DNA from: Candidatus Giovannonibacteria bacterium
Lineage (GTDB): Bacteria > Patescibacteriota > Minisyncoccia > JACPKW01 > UBA11713
Assembly: GCA_023266875.1 (NCBI GenBank)
Contig: JAHFOJ010000004.1
Location: 1-60,484 of the forward strand
Reading direction: 5' to 3'
DNA: 60,484 nucleotides
In this document: positions 9,513 to 18,866 of the stretch, piece by piece
Position numbering within the stretch: position 1 is the first letter of the stretch
Layout of the letters: each line of letters opens with the position of its first letter
Position numbers and translations under genes: made by a program
Notes under the pieces: generated by a model
Told to the model about the DNA's origin: nothing
What the model saw: the letters and a program-made list of their open reading frames with translations, nothing else
Databases searched by the model: none

Positions 9513-10520
9513 ATGGCAAAAAAAACGGAGGAAAAAAATGCGAAGCGAGACGGTGTTGAGAGCGCGCTGAAGGAAATTCAGGCGAAATACGGCGAAGGCG
9601 CGATTATGAAATTAGGGGACGCGCGAAAAGTCGATGTGGATGTGATTCCAACAGGGTCATTGGGTGTTGATTTGGCGTTGGGAGTTGGAGGAGTCCCGCG
9701 AGGACGGATAATAGAAATTTATGGCCCGGAGTCTTCCGGGAAAACTACGCTTGCGCTTCATATTGTTTCTAACGCCCAGAAGAAAGGCGGATTATGCGCT
9801 TATGTTGACGCGGAACACGCGCTTGATCCGGAGTACGCCAAAAAAATCGGCGTTAAGATAAACGATCTTTTAATCTCGCAACCGGATACGGGTGAGCAGG
9901 CGCTTGAAATAGTTGAAAGTTTAGTGCGTTCGGGGTCTGTAGATGTGATTGTGGTAGATTCTGTCGCGGCCTTAACTCCGAGGGCGGAGATTGAAGGAGA
10001 TATGGGGCAGTCGCACATGGGACTGCAAGCGCGGCTTATGTCGCAGGCGCTTCGCAAGCTCACGGCTATTGTTTCAAAATCAAACACAATAGTTATTTTC
10101 ATTAATCAGATTCGCATGCAGATCGGCATTATGTTTGGAAATCCGGAGACGACTACCGGAGGCAAGGCACTTAAATTTTATGCTTCGGTTCGGATCGAAG
10201 TGAGGCGCGCGGCGCAGATAAAAAAAGGCGAGGATGTAATTGGGAACCGCGTAAAGGTTAAGATAGTAAAAAATAAAGTGGCCCCTCCCTTCCGAACCGC
10301 CGAATTCGACATTATGTATAATGAGGGAATTTCTTACGAGGGAGATTTAATTAATTTAGGAATAAAATACGAATTGATCAAGAAGTCTGGCGCGTCCCTT
10401 TCTTTCGGAGATAAGAAGCTTGGCCAAGGTTTTGAGAACGCTAAAGAATATTTGCGATCGAATCTGCCTGTTGCGAAGGAATTGGCGAACGAGATATCTA
10501 GGAAAGCTAAAGGGATTTAG
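9513..10520 (+). CDS. recA: Recombinase RecA
   Basis: GPESSGKTT Walker A, the typical [19 protein letters not shown] segment and full length (335 aa). Confidence 0.97.
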   Translation: MAKKTEEKNAKRDGVESALKEIQAKYGEGAIMKLGDARKVDVDVIPTGSLGVDLALGVGGVPRGRIIEIYGPESSGKTTLALHIVSNAQKKGGLCAYVDAEHALDPEYAKKIGVKINDLLISQPDTGEQALEIVESLVRSGSVDVIVVDSVAALTPRAEIEGDMGQSHMGLQARLMSQALRKLTAIVSKSNTIVIFINQIRMQIGIMFGNPETTTGGKALKFYASVRIEVRRAAQIKKGEDVIGNRVKVKIVKNKVAPPFRTAEFDIMYNEGISYEGDLINLGIKYELIKKSGASLSFGDKKLGQGFENAKEYLRSNLPVAKELANEISRKAKGI

Positions 10521-10525
10521 CTTTA

Positions 10526-10987
10526 ATGAAGCCACTTATTTTCGCGCTAATTTGTCTCGCAATTGTTTTCCTGCTTTTGTTCTTTTTTAGATATGAAAAG
10601 GGATATGAGGGCGTAAACGAGAACCAAGATAAGCTCCAAATAATTAAAATCGGAAACGCGCAAATAAGGGTTTCTTTGGCCGACACGGAAATGCTTCGCG
10701 AAAAAGGGTTGCAAAATGTAGAAAAAATGGACGGCGAGCAAGGCATGCTTTTCTTATTCGCGAATCCAAGGCCCGCGACTTTTTGGAATAAAAACACGCT
10801 GATTGACCTCGATTTGATTTGGATCAGAGATAAGCATGTTTCAGGAATCAGTTTTCTCCCGAATGAGTCGGGAGGCGGCAAAGTTTACGTTTCGTCTCCG
10901 GGTGCGATTGAATATGTGGTAGAGGCGAATGCGGGGTTCGCTTCTTCGCGCGGGATTAAAATTGGAGACAAGGTCGAAGGGATTTAG
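10526..10987 (+). CDS. DUF192-family protein (secreted / membrane-anchored)
   Basis: N-terminal TM helix. The GLQ..E.M....GMLFLF....ATFWNKNTLIDLDLIWI pattern resembles DUF192. Confidence 0.65.
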   Translation: MKPLIFALICLAIVFLLLFFFRYEKGYEGVNENQDKLQIIKIGNAQIRVSLADTEMLREKGLQNVEKMDGEQGMLFLFANPRPATFWNKNTLIDLDLIWIRDKHVSGISFLPNESGGGKVYVSSPGAIEYVVEANAGFASSRGIKIGDKVEGI

Positions 10988-11000
10988 GCGGGCTGTTTCT

Positions 11001-11009
11001 TGTTATAAT
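11001..11009 (+). promoter_or_regulatory. Extended -10 element TGtTATAAT placed 6 nt before ATG 11016 (leaderless-type spacing)
   Basis: TATAAT at 11004-11009, then AAATCC, then ATG. Confidence 0.5.
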
Positions 11010-11015
11010 AAATCC

Positions 11016-12227
11016 ATGCTTGATTATGATTATCTTATCATAGGCGGAGGGATAGCGGGGACAAGCGCGGCGGAAACCATAAGGCGCGCGGACGCAAGCG
11101 CGAGAATCGCGATTTTGGAAGCGGAGCCAGACTTTCTTTATTCAAAAGTTCTCTTGCCAGATTTTGTTAAGGGAGAGGTGGATCTAAACAAAGTTATGCT
11201 TCGCTCGATAGTTAATTATGAAAAAAATCGGATAGATTTTTATCCGGAAACAGTCGTCTCAAAAATTGATTTTGGGCGACGGGATGTTTTTGCAGACGAA
11301 CGGGTGTTTTCTTATGAAAAATTACTTATTGCTTCCGGAGGAAAAGTTAAGGTATGGAAATTCGAAGCGGGCTTCCCGGACAAGGTTTTTCGCTTGCAGA
11401 CGCTTGTGGACGCGACTCGCTTAAAAGAGTTTTTGGAGCGTAGAAAACCGGCGCGCGCGCTTGTTGTAGGAGGCGGATTTATCGCGATCGAATTTATGAA
11501 TATATTCAAGCATTTTGGCATCCAAACTAAGCTTCTTTCAAGAGACAGATTTTTTTGGGCCAATTTTTTGGACGAGCGCGGGCATTCTTTTCTCGATAAT
11601 ATTTTTGGGGATAGTAAGATTGAAATCGTTACGTCTGATGAAGTGCGTGAAATTTCCGAGCGGGAAGATGATCTCGAAGTTTTAACTCAAGGAGGGGCAG
11701 GAATAGCAACAGACATTGTTGCGGCGGGGATCGGCCTTCTGCGTAATTTTGATTTTGCGGGCGGGGTTTTGAATACGGGGCGCGGAATTTTCGTGGATGA
11801 ATTCATGTTAGCCGAATTTAAAAGCGGGCTTGGAGGAAATGTATGGGCGGCGGGGGACGCAGCTGAATATGTTGATCCTTACTCCGGTCGCAGAAAGGTT
11901 TTTGGAAATTGGACGCACGGCTTTTTGACGGGGCACGCCGCAGGTCTTAGCATGACCGGTTCGAAAAAACCCTTTAGATCCGTCGCAAGTTATTCTGTGA
12001 GCTTCTTAGGCGTTCCTGTCGCAGTTATCGGAACGGTTGATAATCAATTGGCCGAAGAAGCATTCAGCGACGCGGATAACATGGGGAGAAAATATGGCAG
12101 GTTTTTTTTGAAAGGCGGGAAATTAATAGGCGCGCTTTTGCTTGGCGCGCAAAAAGATACACCAAGAGTCATTAAAATGATCGAATCCGGAGAAATAATT
12201 GATCGCAATATTTTTAAATTTACCTAG
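11016..12227 (+). CDS. FAD-dependent pyridine nucleotide-disulfide oxidoreductase
   Basis: DYLIIGGGIAGTSAA dinucleotide-binding motif, a second Rossmann motif VVGGGFIAIEF and AAGDAAE near the C-terminus. Start taken at the ATG after the DUF192 stop rather than at ORF start 10929. Confidence 0.8.
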   Translation: MLDYDYLIIGGGIAGTSAAETIRRADASARIAILEAEPDFLYSKVLLPDFVKGEVDLNKVMLRSIVNYEKNRIDFYPETVVSKIDFGRRDVFADERVFSYEKLLIASGGKVKVWKFEAGFPDKVFRLQTLVDATRLKEFLERRKPARALVVGGGFIAIEFMNIFKHFGIQTKLLSRDRFFWANFLDERGHSFLDNIFGDSKIEIVTSDEVREISEREDDLEVLTQGGAGIATDIVAAGIGLLRNFDFAGGVLNTGRGIFVDEFMLAEFKSGLGGNVWAAGDAAEYVDPYSGRRKVFGNWTHGFLTGHAAGLSMTGSKKPFRSVASYSVSFLGVPVAVIGTVDNQLAEEAFSDADNMGRKYGRFFLKGGKLIGALLLGAQKDTPRVIKMIESGEIIDRNIFKFT

Positions 12228-12277
12228 TTATTGATATACGTTTTTTTGGGGCCGGTTTGCTGATAAGATGAGAGCGC

Positions 12278-13462
12278 ATGGAGTTTTATAAAAAAATCTT
12301 AAAGAATACAGAGGAATATAAAAAATATTTTGCGATCGGAGCGCTTTTACTCGTTTTCATCTTTTCTTTAAATCTTTTTCTCTCGACTAAATTAGGAAAT
12401 CCGATTGAATATGTTTCTTCAAAAGCCGCAAGTTCGACTTCGCAAAATGAAAAACAGGCCGCGAAAGTGAATCATTTAAAAACTCCGAAGCCGGTTCGGG
12501 GGATTTATATGACAAGCTGGGTTGCGGGCACCCCGAAATGGCGCGCGGAGCTGGTCGATTTTGTGAAAAAGACTGAGATTAATTCGATTGTGATCGACGT
12601 TAAAGATTACAGTGGGCGCGTGTCATTTGATACTGAAAACAAAAAAATAAAAGAAGTTGGATCGGAGGAAATACGAGTGCGCGATATGGCCGAGTTTATA
12701 GAAGAATTGCACGGAAACGGCATTTACGCGATCGCGCGGATTTCTGTGTTTCAAGATCCATTTTATTCGAAAGAATATCCCCAAAGCGCCGTAAAACGCA
12801 AAAACGGAGCAATTTGGAAAGACAGAAAAGGACTTTCATATGTTGATCCTTCCGCGCGTGATTTTTGGGATTATATCGCGGAAGTAGGACGCGCGAGCTC
12901 GAGAGCCGGGTTTGACGAACTTAATTTTGACTATATCCGTTTTCCTTCGGATGGCAATATGACAGACGTCGTTTTTCCTCTGTCAAATGAAAAATCAAAA
13001 GCAGATGTCCTTGATGAATTTTTCAACTATCTCGAGCGCGAGCTGAAAAGCGAGAAAGATAGCGTTCCGATTTCCGCTGATGTTTTTGGAATGACGACTA
13101 CAAATGCCGATGATCTTGGGATTGGACAGGTCTTGGAGCGTGTAGCGGAGTACTTTGATTACGTCTCTCCGATGGTTTATCCGTCGCATTATCCGCCGAC
13201 ATTTATCGGATTTAAAAATCCGGCCGACCACCCATACGAAGTTATCAATCACTCAATGTCGGCCGCGGTCTTGAGATTGTCTGCGCCTACATCCACGCCT
13301 GAAAAACTTCGTCCGTGGCTTCAGGATTTTGATTTAGGCGCGACTTACGATGCGACAATGATCCGGGAGGAGAAAAAGGCTGTTTATGATTCTGGACTTG
13401 ATTCATGGCTAATCTGGGATCCTTCGAATAAATATACGAGAGGCGCGTATGATTTGGAGTGA
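12278..13462 (+). CDS. Putative glycoside-hydrolase-like TIM-barrel protein (DUF4015/COG1306-like), membrane-anchored
   Basis: N-terminal TM helix. The RGIYMTSW.....EINSIVIDVKDYSGRVSF pattern resembles that family, recalled from memory. Confidence 0.55.
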   Translation: MEFYKKILKNTEEYKKYFAIGALLLVFIFSLNLFLSTKLGNPIEYVSSKAASSTSQNEKQAAKVNHLKTPKPVRGIYMTSWVAGTPKWRAELVDFVKKTEINSIVIDVKDYSGRVSFDTENKKIKEVGSEEIRVRDMAEFIEELHGNGIYAIARISVFQDPFYSKEYPQSAVKRKNGAIWKDRKGLSYVDPSARDFWDYIAEVGRASSRAGFDELNFDYIRFPSDGNMTDVVFPLSNEKSKADVLDEFFNYLERELKSEKDSVPISADVFGMTTTNADDLGIGQVLERVAEYFDYVSPMVYPSHYPPTFIGFKNPADHPYEVINHSMSAAVLRLSAPTSTPEKLRPWLQDFDLGATYDATMIREEKKAVYDSGLDSWLIWDPSNKYTRGAYDLE

Positions 13463-13477
13463 TTAAGTGGTTTTCCC

Positions 13478-13527
13478 AACAGGATGTACAGGATGTATTC
13501 GTACGAATACATCCTGTACATCCTGTT
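13478..13527. terminator. Perfect 50-nt palindrome (23-bp stem, GTAC loop) between convergent genes; likely bidirectional terminator
   Basis: AACAGGATGTACAGGATGTATTC-GTAC-GAATACATCCTGTACATCCTGTT. Each arm holds a tandem CAGGATGTA repeat. T-runs flank both sides. Confidence 0.7.
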
Positions 13528-13532
13528 TTATT

Positions 13533-14453
13533 TCAAAATGCGCGGCATAGACCGATTATATGACCTTTATGTTTTATTACGAATTTATCCTCAAGCGCGA
13601 TTTTGTTTTCGAGTTCAAGCGATGCAATTCGCGGGGTCAATATTTTAAAATTTCTAATCCTTATTTTTAAGATTTTTGTTTGGTCCCGCCCGCTTTTGAG
13701 AACTAAGCTATTTCCCGCAGGATTTTTTAGCCACAAGCACTCTGCGTTTGCAAATTTCGATTGCGCCTGCAATTTGCCCAGAGAAAATGGCTTATTTTTT
13801 TCCGGGCCACTCGGCTTGAAGAAACTTAGTATTGTCTCGGCTAGAGTTTTCACACCTATTTTTTTGGCAAAGCTTAAAGGTTTTAAGAGATTTGTGCCGT
13901 TATAGGCGCTGACAGGAACAATTGGAAAATTTTTAAATCCGGCCTCTTCTGCGCTTTTCTCCACAGCTGCTTTTACGTCTATGAATTTTGGGAGAGAGTA
14001 TTTGATTTTATCGCATTTGTTTATTACAGCTATAATTTTTTCTACGCCCAAAAATGTTGCGATTTCCAAATGTTTTTTTGTCTGCGGCTTAATGCTCTCA
14101 TCTGCCGCTACAATTAAGATGCCATATTTCGCGGTTGATGCGCCTGAAAGCATATTTTTTATTAATGATTTATGCCCGGGGACGTCAATAAATTCGTAGA
14201 GAAATTTTCCAATTTTGATTTTTGCGCGGGTTGTATCGAGAGTCATCTTGCGCTCGCGCTCGTATTGAAAGCTATCCATAAGATGCGCCCACTCGAAACG
14301 TTTTCCAGATTTTTGGGCGATCGCCCGAAGTTCAGCAATTCGGCTTTCCGGAACTGATTTAGTTTCATACATTATCCGTCCCAAGAGCGTTGATTTGCCG
14401 TGGTCTTTCTCACCGAGAAGAACAATAGGGATTTCGCGCTCTCTAATCATCAC
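13533..14453 (-). CDS. cysN: Sulfate adenylyltransferase subunit 1-like GTPase (short CysN)
   Basis: EF-Tu-type GTPase motifs DHGKST, DVPGH and NKCD. ATGA overlap with the upstream cysD. At 306 aa it is shorter than canonical CysN. Confidence 0.75.
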   Translation of the reverse strand: MMIREREIPIVLLGEKDHGKSTLLGRIMYETKSVPESRIAELRAIAQKSGKRFEWAHLMDSFQYERERKMTLDTTRAKIKIGKFLYEFIDVPGHKSLIKNMLSGASTAKYGILIVAADESIKPQTKKHLEIATFLGVEKIIAVINKCDKIKYSLPKFIDVKAAVEKSAEEAGFKNFPIVPVSAYNGTNLLKPLSFAKKIGVKTLAETILSFFKPSGPEKNKPFSLGKLQAQSKFANAECLWLKNPAGNSLVLKSGRDQTKILKIRIRNFKILTPRIASLELENKIALEDKFVIKHKGHIIGLCRAF

Positions 14454-15226
14454 ATATATCCTAGTGCGCGCAGACGTTCCATAACAGCTTGCGCTTCTTT
14501 GTCCTGCGCGCGGCCCATGCGTTCCGCGAGCTTAGTTTCCCCAAGCTCTTTTAAAATTTCCGGAATTGTTTTTGCTTCCGATTTAAAGCCGACCGTGCAA
14601 TGGGTGCACCCGAGCGAACGGAAGCGTTCGCCGTTTTTCGAAAAATAAAGGGGGCTTATCGGAACATCATTTTCATAAATATATTGCCAAATATCAATTT
14701 CGCGCCAATGCAATATGGGATGGATTCGGTGATGATCGGCGTTTTCGTCTATCGAATTATATCCCCAAGCTTCGAGCGGCTGATTTTTATAATTCCATTT
14801 CCATTTTTTATCGCGCGGTGAAAATACTCGTTCCTTGGCGCGAATACCATGTTCATCACGCCGTATACCCATAATCAGCCCGTCGAATTTTTCTTTCTTC
14901 ATTAAATTTTTCAATGCCTCCGTTTTATTTTGTCCGCAACAGGAAACGCCGGATATTTTGTCTTCCTTTATTATGCTTTTAGCCGCCAAAACTTTCATAT
15001 TCCATTTTTTTGCCAATTCGTTTCGAAGGGCATAGGTTTCTGGAAAATCTATGCCATTGTCAATATGTATAACTGGAAAGGGGATGCGGTTAAAAAATGC
15101 CTCGCGGCAGAGAGCGAGCATGGCAGTTGAATCTTTCCCTCCCGACCATAAAAGCGCCAAATTATTGAATTTGGATTTAGCTTCGCGGAGGATGAAGATT
15201 GATTTTTCTGCTAATAAGTTGTTCAT
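14450..15226 (-). CDS. cysD: Sulfate adenylyltransferase subunit 2 (PAPS-reductase/ATP-PPase fold)
   Basis: SGGKDS PP-loop motif and the conserved RFRSLGC segment typical of CysD. Confidence 0.85.
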   Translation of the reverse strand: MNNLLAEKSIFILREAKSKFNNLALLWSGGKDSTAMLALCREAFFNRIPFPVIHIDNGIDFPETYALRNELAKKWNMKVLAAKSIIKEDKISGVSCCGQNKTEALKNLMKKEKFDGLIMGIRRDEHGIRAKERVFSPRDKKWKWNYKNQPLEAWGYNSIDENADHHRIHPILHWREIDIWQYIYENDVPISPLYFSKNGERFRSLGCTHCTVGFKSEAKTIPEILKELGETKLAERMGRAQDKEAQAVMERLRALGYM

Positions 15227-15299
15227 TTAATTTTGAGGATAACATACGAATCAATCTTTATATAGTTTTACTTTAATTAGTTTTTTGCATAAAGAAAGA

Positions 15300-15326
15300 C
15301 AGGGAGATCGGTAATCAATCTCCCTG
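15300..15326 (-). terminator. Hairpin terminator downstream of the 15353-15994 gene
   Basis: CAGGGAGAT-9 nt-ATCTCCCTG, followed on the minus strand by a T-rich tract. Confidence 0.5.
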
Positions 15327-15352
15327 CTGGTTGTCGAAATAGGTTAGGGAAC

Positions 15353-15994
15353 CTATCTCACGGACGCTATTGGCTCTTGTTTTGGCGCTGGCTTGAGTTC
15401 TTCTTTTAGTGGTGCGCCTATCTTGTACTCCATCAGTTCAAGTTGGTAGGTTGTCCCATTTTTCCACTCAGCAGACATCTTGACTGTACTCCTAGTTTTT
15501 TTAGAAAAAAGGTATTCATATTTTCTCCAACCATCAACTTTTTGCATCGAGGCACCTGCTTTCAGTGTATCCCTACGAGTTATCGCCGTTAATTCTTCGC
15601 TTAGTGGCTTAGCTACAAAATGGGCAGACCACTTCTCTGAGTTATATTGTTTGCCACTCGTTATTGCCACGAAATTGAAATCCCAATCCCATGCACCAAC
15701 TCCTTCGAGAAATTTAAACCATGGCGGTGCCTCTGTAAGCCCGGGGACAGAAGGGATTACTGAAACGAAATAGTCTTTACCATATTCGTTCTCCATAATG
15801 GGTTTTCCGTCGAGACAGTTGATTTTGAAAATTCCAATTGCATCGTAGCTCATTTTAGCTATAGCATGCCCTCCTTTAATGTCAAACACCCAGTAATCAC
15901 CATCTCGACACATAGGTGTATCGGCCGCAAAGGTTTTGTTAAAAAACAACATAAAAACTATTATGCTTAGCATCGTTTTTCCCGCCGTTTTCAT
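15353..15994 (-). CDS. Hypothetical secreted protein
   Basis: Signal-peptide-like N-terminus (MLSIIVFMLFFNKTFA/AD). No family recognised. Confidence 0.6.
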   Translation of the reverse strand: MKTAGKTMLSIIVFMLFFNKTFAADTPMCRDGDYWVFDIKGGHAIAKMSYDAIGIFKINCLDGKPIMENEYGKDYFVSVIPSVPGLTEAPPWFKFLEGVGAWDWDFNFVAITSGKQYNSEKWSAHFVAKPLSEELTAITRRDTLKAGASMQKVDGWRKYEYLFSKKTRSTVKMSAEWKNGTTYQLELMEYKIGAPLKEELKPAPKQEPIASVR

Positions 15995-16027
15995 AAGAAC
16001 TGCCCTCCTTTTATGGATTATAGCACT

Positions 16028-17338
16028 TTAGATATATTTATCATTATTAATGAGATGTGACATCAGATAAATAGTTTTCTTTCTTGGGCGGAGGAATGGA
16101 TACCTATGAAGTTCATTTTCGAAATTCCAGCGCATTTCCTCAACAAGATCTAAGTTTTCAAACGCGATATTATTTTTTTCAGAGGGGTCATTCTCTAAAT
16201 CATAAAGTTCGTCCACGAAAAACTTTCGAGTATGATTTATAAACTTATATTTTTTGTTTTGTATACAAAATCCTTCCCGCTCTGTTTCGGCCAATGCCGA
16301 CAAAATTAGATTATTTTCTAATGTATTTAAAAGAGATGTGCCATGTAGCTGTTCATCAAGTTTTATTCCGATTGCATCCAGTATAGTAGGCATAATATCA
16401 ACGCTCCGCACTATTTGATTAGCGACTTTATGATTGAATCCAGGGATATAAATTATTAATGGCACGTGAAGGAGCTCGTTATATAGTTGTTTGTGGCCAA
16501 ATATCTTGTGCTCTAAAAATTCTTGGCCATGATCAGAGGTGAATATTATTATCGTTTTTTCCAGCAAACCCAACTTAGATAAATAATCTAATAATCTCGC
16601 AAAGAAATCGTCAACATATTTTATTGCGCCATCATATATAGCTTTATAGTACTCGATATCTTCATAATTTTTAGATCTTCGCATTGCGCTGATAAAAGAT
16701 CTATAAGATTCTACACGGATGTTTTGTAACCACTTTATTTTTTGTGGGAACCCATCGGTAATTTTAAAAGGCCCATCATATCCATCGCTGAAGAGGTTTA
16801 TGTAAGGCCAAGGTGAGTCCCATGGGTTATGTACCACGTAAGTATGAAAAAAAACGAAGAAACTTTCATTTTTAGCTTGTTCTAAGAAATATAAAATTTC
16901 TTTTTCTGGTATCGAGCCCAGGCCTCTATAATTTCCTGCATCATATGGATTGGTTGAATAGTAATCAAAGCCCCTCGAAAAACCAAATACTGGTTCTAGT
17001 TGGGCGCCGTCTGTAAAGCCAGCAGTTCGGTAATCATTTTTTTTTAAAATTTCTGCAAAAGTAGTGATGTTCTCGTTAAGCACATAAACCTTACCTCCAT
17101 TTTCAGCGTCGGCTATGCTCAATATTCCATGATATGTGGGATAACGGGCAGTCATTATGGACATAAATGATGGGGCAGTCTTAGGAGCCTGAGAATAGCA
17201 ATTTTTGAATAAAATGCTTTTTTTCGCAAAATCGTCTATTGCCGGAGAGGTTGGACGTTTGTATCCATAACACCCCAAATGATCAGCGCGGAGAGTATCT
17301 ATACCTATTAATATGACATTGTAAGGATTTTTTATCAT
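16028..17338 (-). CDS. Sulfatase-fold (alkaline phosphatase superfamily) enzyme with Thr at the nucleophile position
   Basis: IGIDTLRADHLGCYGY metal-binding N-terminus. The canonical C/S-x-P-x-R position reads T-A-P-S-F. No signal peptide or TM helix. Confidence 0.8.
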   Translation of the reverse strand: MIKNPYNVILIGIDTLRADHLGCYGYKRPTSPAIDDFAKKSILFKNCYSQAPKTAPSFMSIMTARYPTYHGILSIADAENGGKVYVLNENITTFAEILKKNDYRTAGFTDGAQLEPVFGFSRGFDYYSTNPYDAGNYRGLGSIPEKEILYFLEQAKNESFFVFFHTYVVHNPWDSPWPYINLFSDGYDGPFKITDGFPQKIKWLQNIRVESYRSFISAMRRSKNYEDIEYYKAIYDGAIKYVDDFFARLLDYLSKLGLLEKTIIIFTSDHGQEFLEHKIFGHKQLYNELLHVPLIIYIPGFNHKVANQIVRSVDIMPTILDAIGIKLDEQLHGTSLLNTLENNLILSALAETEREGFCIQNKKYKFINHTRKFFVDELYDLENDPSEKNNIAFENLDLVEEMRWNFENELHRYPFLRPRKKTIYLMSHLINNDKYI

Positions 17339-17397
17339 GCTATGCTTATTTTGTGTATAATATCATTTTTAAATTATTTTAGAATAACTAAATCCAA

Positions 17398-18168
17398 ATG
17401 GCAGAAAAATCAAGATATCTATCGAATAGTGAAAGGACGGCGCTAATAACCGGCGGCATCACAGGGATAGGTCGAGCTATTACATCACGTTTGGCAAGGG
17501 ATGGTTTTTCTTTAGCAATAAATTATAAAGGTTCGGAAAAAAATAGTTTTATTAGATCACTTAGAAAAGAATTGGAATTTCATAATGTAAAATATGTATT
17601 GATTAAGGCAGATATCTCAAAAATATTAGAGGTTGAGAGAATGATTAAAATTGTAGAAAAAAACTTTGGCAAGGTAGACGCGTTAATCAACAACGCGGGA
17701 ATAAATCAGAATCAAAATTTTAGTAATTTGGATTTTAGTAATTTTGATAAAATACTAGATGTAAATTTGCGCGGTGCTGTGATGATCACTAAATATACAC
17801 TCCCATTATTTGAAAAAGCTCTCTTGCCAAGGATAATTTTTATTTCTTCAGTAAATGCATTTGTTGGCTCTGCTGCCAGAGTAGCCTACACGGTTTCTAA
17901 AAGCGGGCTTTTGGGCTTGACCAAAGCTTTGGCATTAGAGCTCGCCCCAAAAGTTCTCGTAAATTCGATAGTCCCAGGTTATATCGATACTGACATGTTT
18001 AGAAGATTTAAATCAGAAAATCCATACACGAAAATTAAAAGGATCCCATTAAAAAGGATTGGTCTGCCGGAAGATGTTGCTGGTGCTGCGTCTTTTTTGT
18101 GTTCCCCGGACAGCTCGTATATTACGGGTCAATGTATACACGTTAATGGAGGTTTATTTTTATCGTAA
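17398..18168 (+). CDS. Short-chain dehydrogenase/reductase (FabG-like)
   Basis: TGGITGIGRA cofactor motif, NNAG and the catalytic YTVSK. Confidence 0.85.
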   Translation: MAEKSRYLSNSERTALITGGITGIGRAITSRLARDGFSLAINYKGSEKNSFIRSLRKELEFHNVKYVLIKADISKILEVERMIKIVEKNFGKVDALINNAGINQNQNFSNLDFSNFDKILDVNLRGAVMITKYTLPLFEKALLPRIIFISSVNAFVGSAARVAYTVSKSGLLGLTKALALELAPKVLVNSIVPGYIDTDMFRRFKSENPYTKIKRIPLKRIGLPEDVAGAASFLCSPDSSYITGQCIHVNGGLFLS

Positions 18169-18863
18169 TGACGAATTCTAAATTAGTGGCAGCGGTTATA
18201 TTGGCTGGCGGGCAAAGCGTACGGTTTGGGAAATCTTTTAAACAATTTGCCAAAATAAACGGGAAGCCGCTCATTTCATATTCTTTGGGTGTGTTTATTA
18301 AATGTAAATTTATACAGAATATAATAATTATTGCGCCAAAGAGAAGAATAGCTTATGCGAATAGATTAGTACGGCGTCTCAATGATTCTAGGATCCAAGT
18401 AGTCGAGGGTGGCGAATATCGCAGGCAGTCTGCGTTAAAAGCATTGATTTTTTTAAAAAGAATTTCTCCAGATTATGTAATTTTTCATGATGCTGCGAGG
18501 CCATTTATCAGTCAAGAAATGGTTAGTGGCGTTTTAGCGGAGGCTTCACGAACTGGCGGCGCAGTTATTGCTACGAAGGCTACTGATCTGGTTCTAAAGG
18601 CAGACAATCATAAATTTATAAAAAGTGTTTCTCAAAAAGAAAAAATCTTTTTTGGACACACCCCACAATGTTTTCAGTTCGATTTAATTTTAGCGGCGCA
18701 TTTAAAGTGCGCGAAAATATTACAGGATGCGGATAATATAGAATTAGTATTAAATACAAACAAACGCGCGCGAATAAACGTGGTTGAATATTCGCCTGCT
18801 GGTAGCCCGAAGCTTACCTATAAACAAGACTTGATGGCGATGAGGCTATTTCTAAGGAATTGA
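18168..18863 (+). CDS. IspD/TarI-family sugar-/alditol-phosphate cytidylyltransferase
   Basis: AVILAGGQSVRFG...K N-terminal motif of the IspD/TarI family. Its start overlaps the SDR stop by 1 nt. Confidence 0.8.
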   Translation: MTNSKLVAAVILAGGQSVRFGKSFKQFAKINGKPLISYSLGVFIKCKFIQNIIIIAPKRRIAYANRLVRRLNDSRIQVVEGGEYRRQSALKALIFLKRISPDYVIFHDAARPFISQEMVSGVLAEASRTGGAVIATKATDLVLKADNHKFIKSVSQKEKIFFGHTPQCFQFDLILAAHLKCAKILQDADNIELVLNTNKRARINVVEYSPAGSPKLTYKQDLMAMRLFLRN

Positions 18864-18866
18864 TTT

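Noticed and set aside
10929-11015. N-terminal extension of the oxidoreductase ORF (track start 10929), overlapping the DUF192 gene by 59 nt.
   Set aside because: The extension precedes the canonical DYLIIGGG N-terminus and overlaps the upstream gene. ATG 11016 also has TGtTATAAT-N6 spacing.
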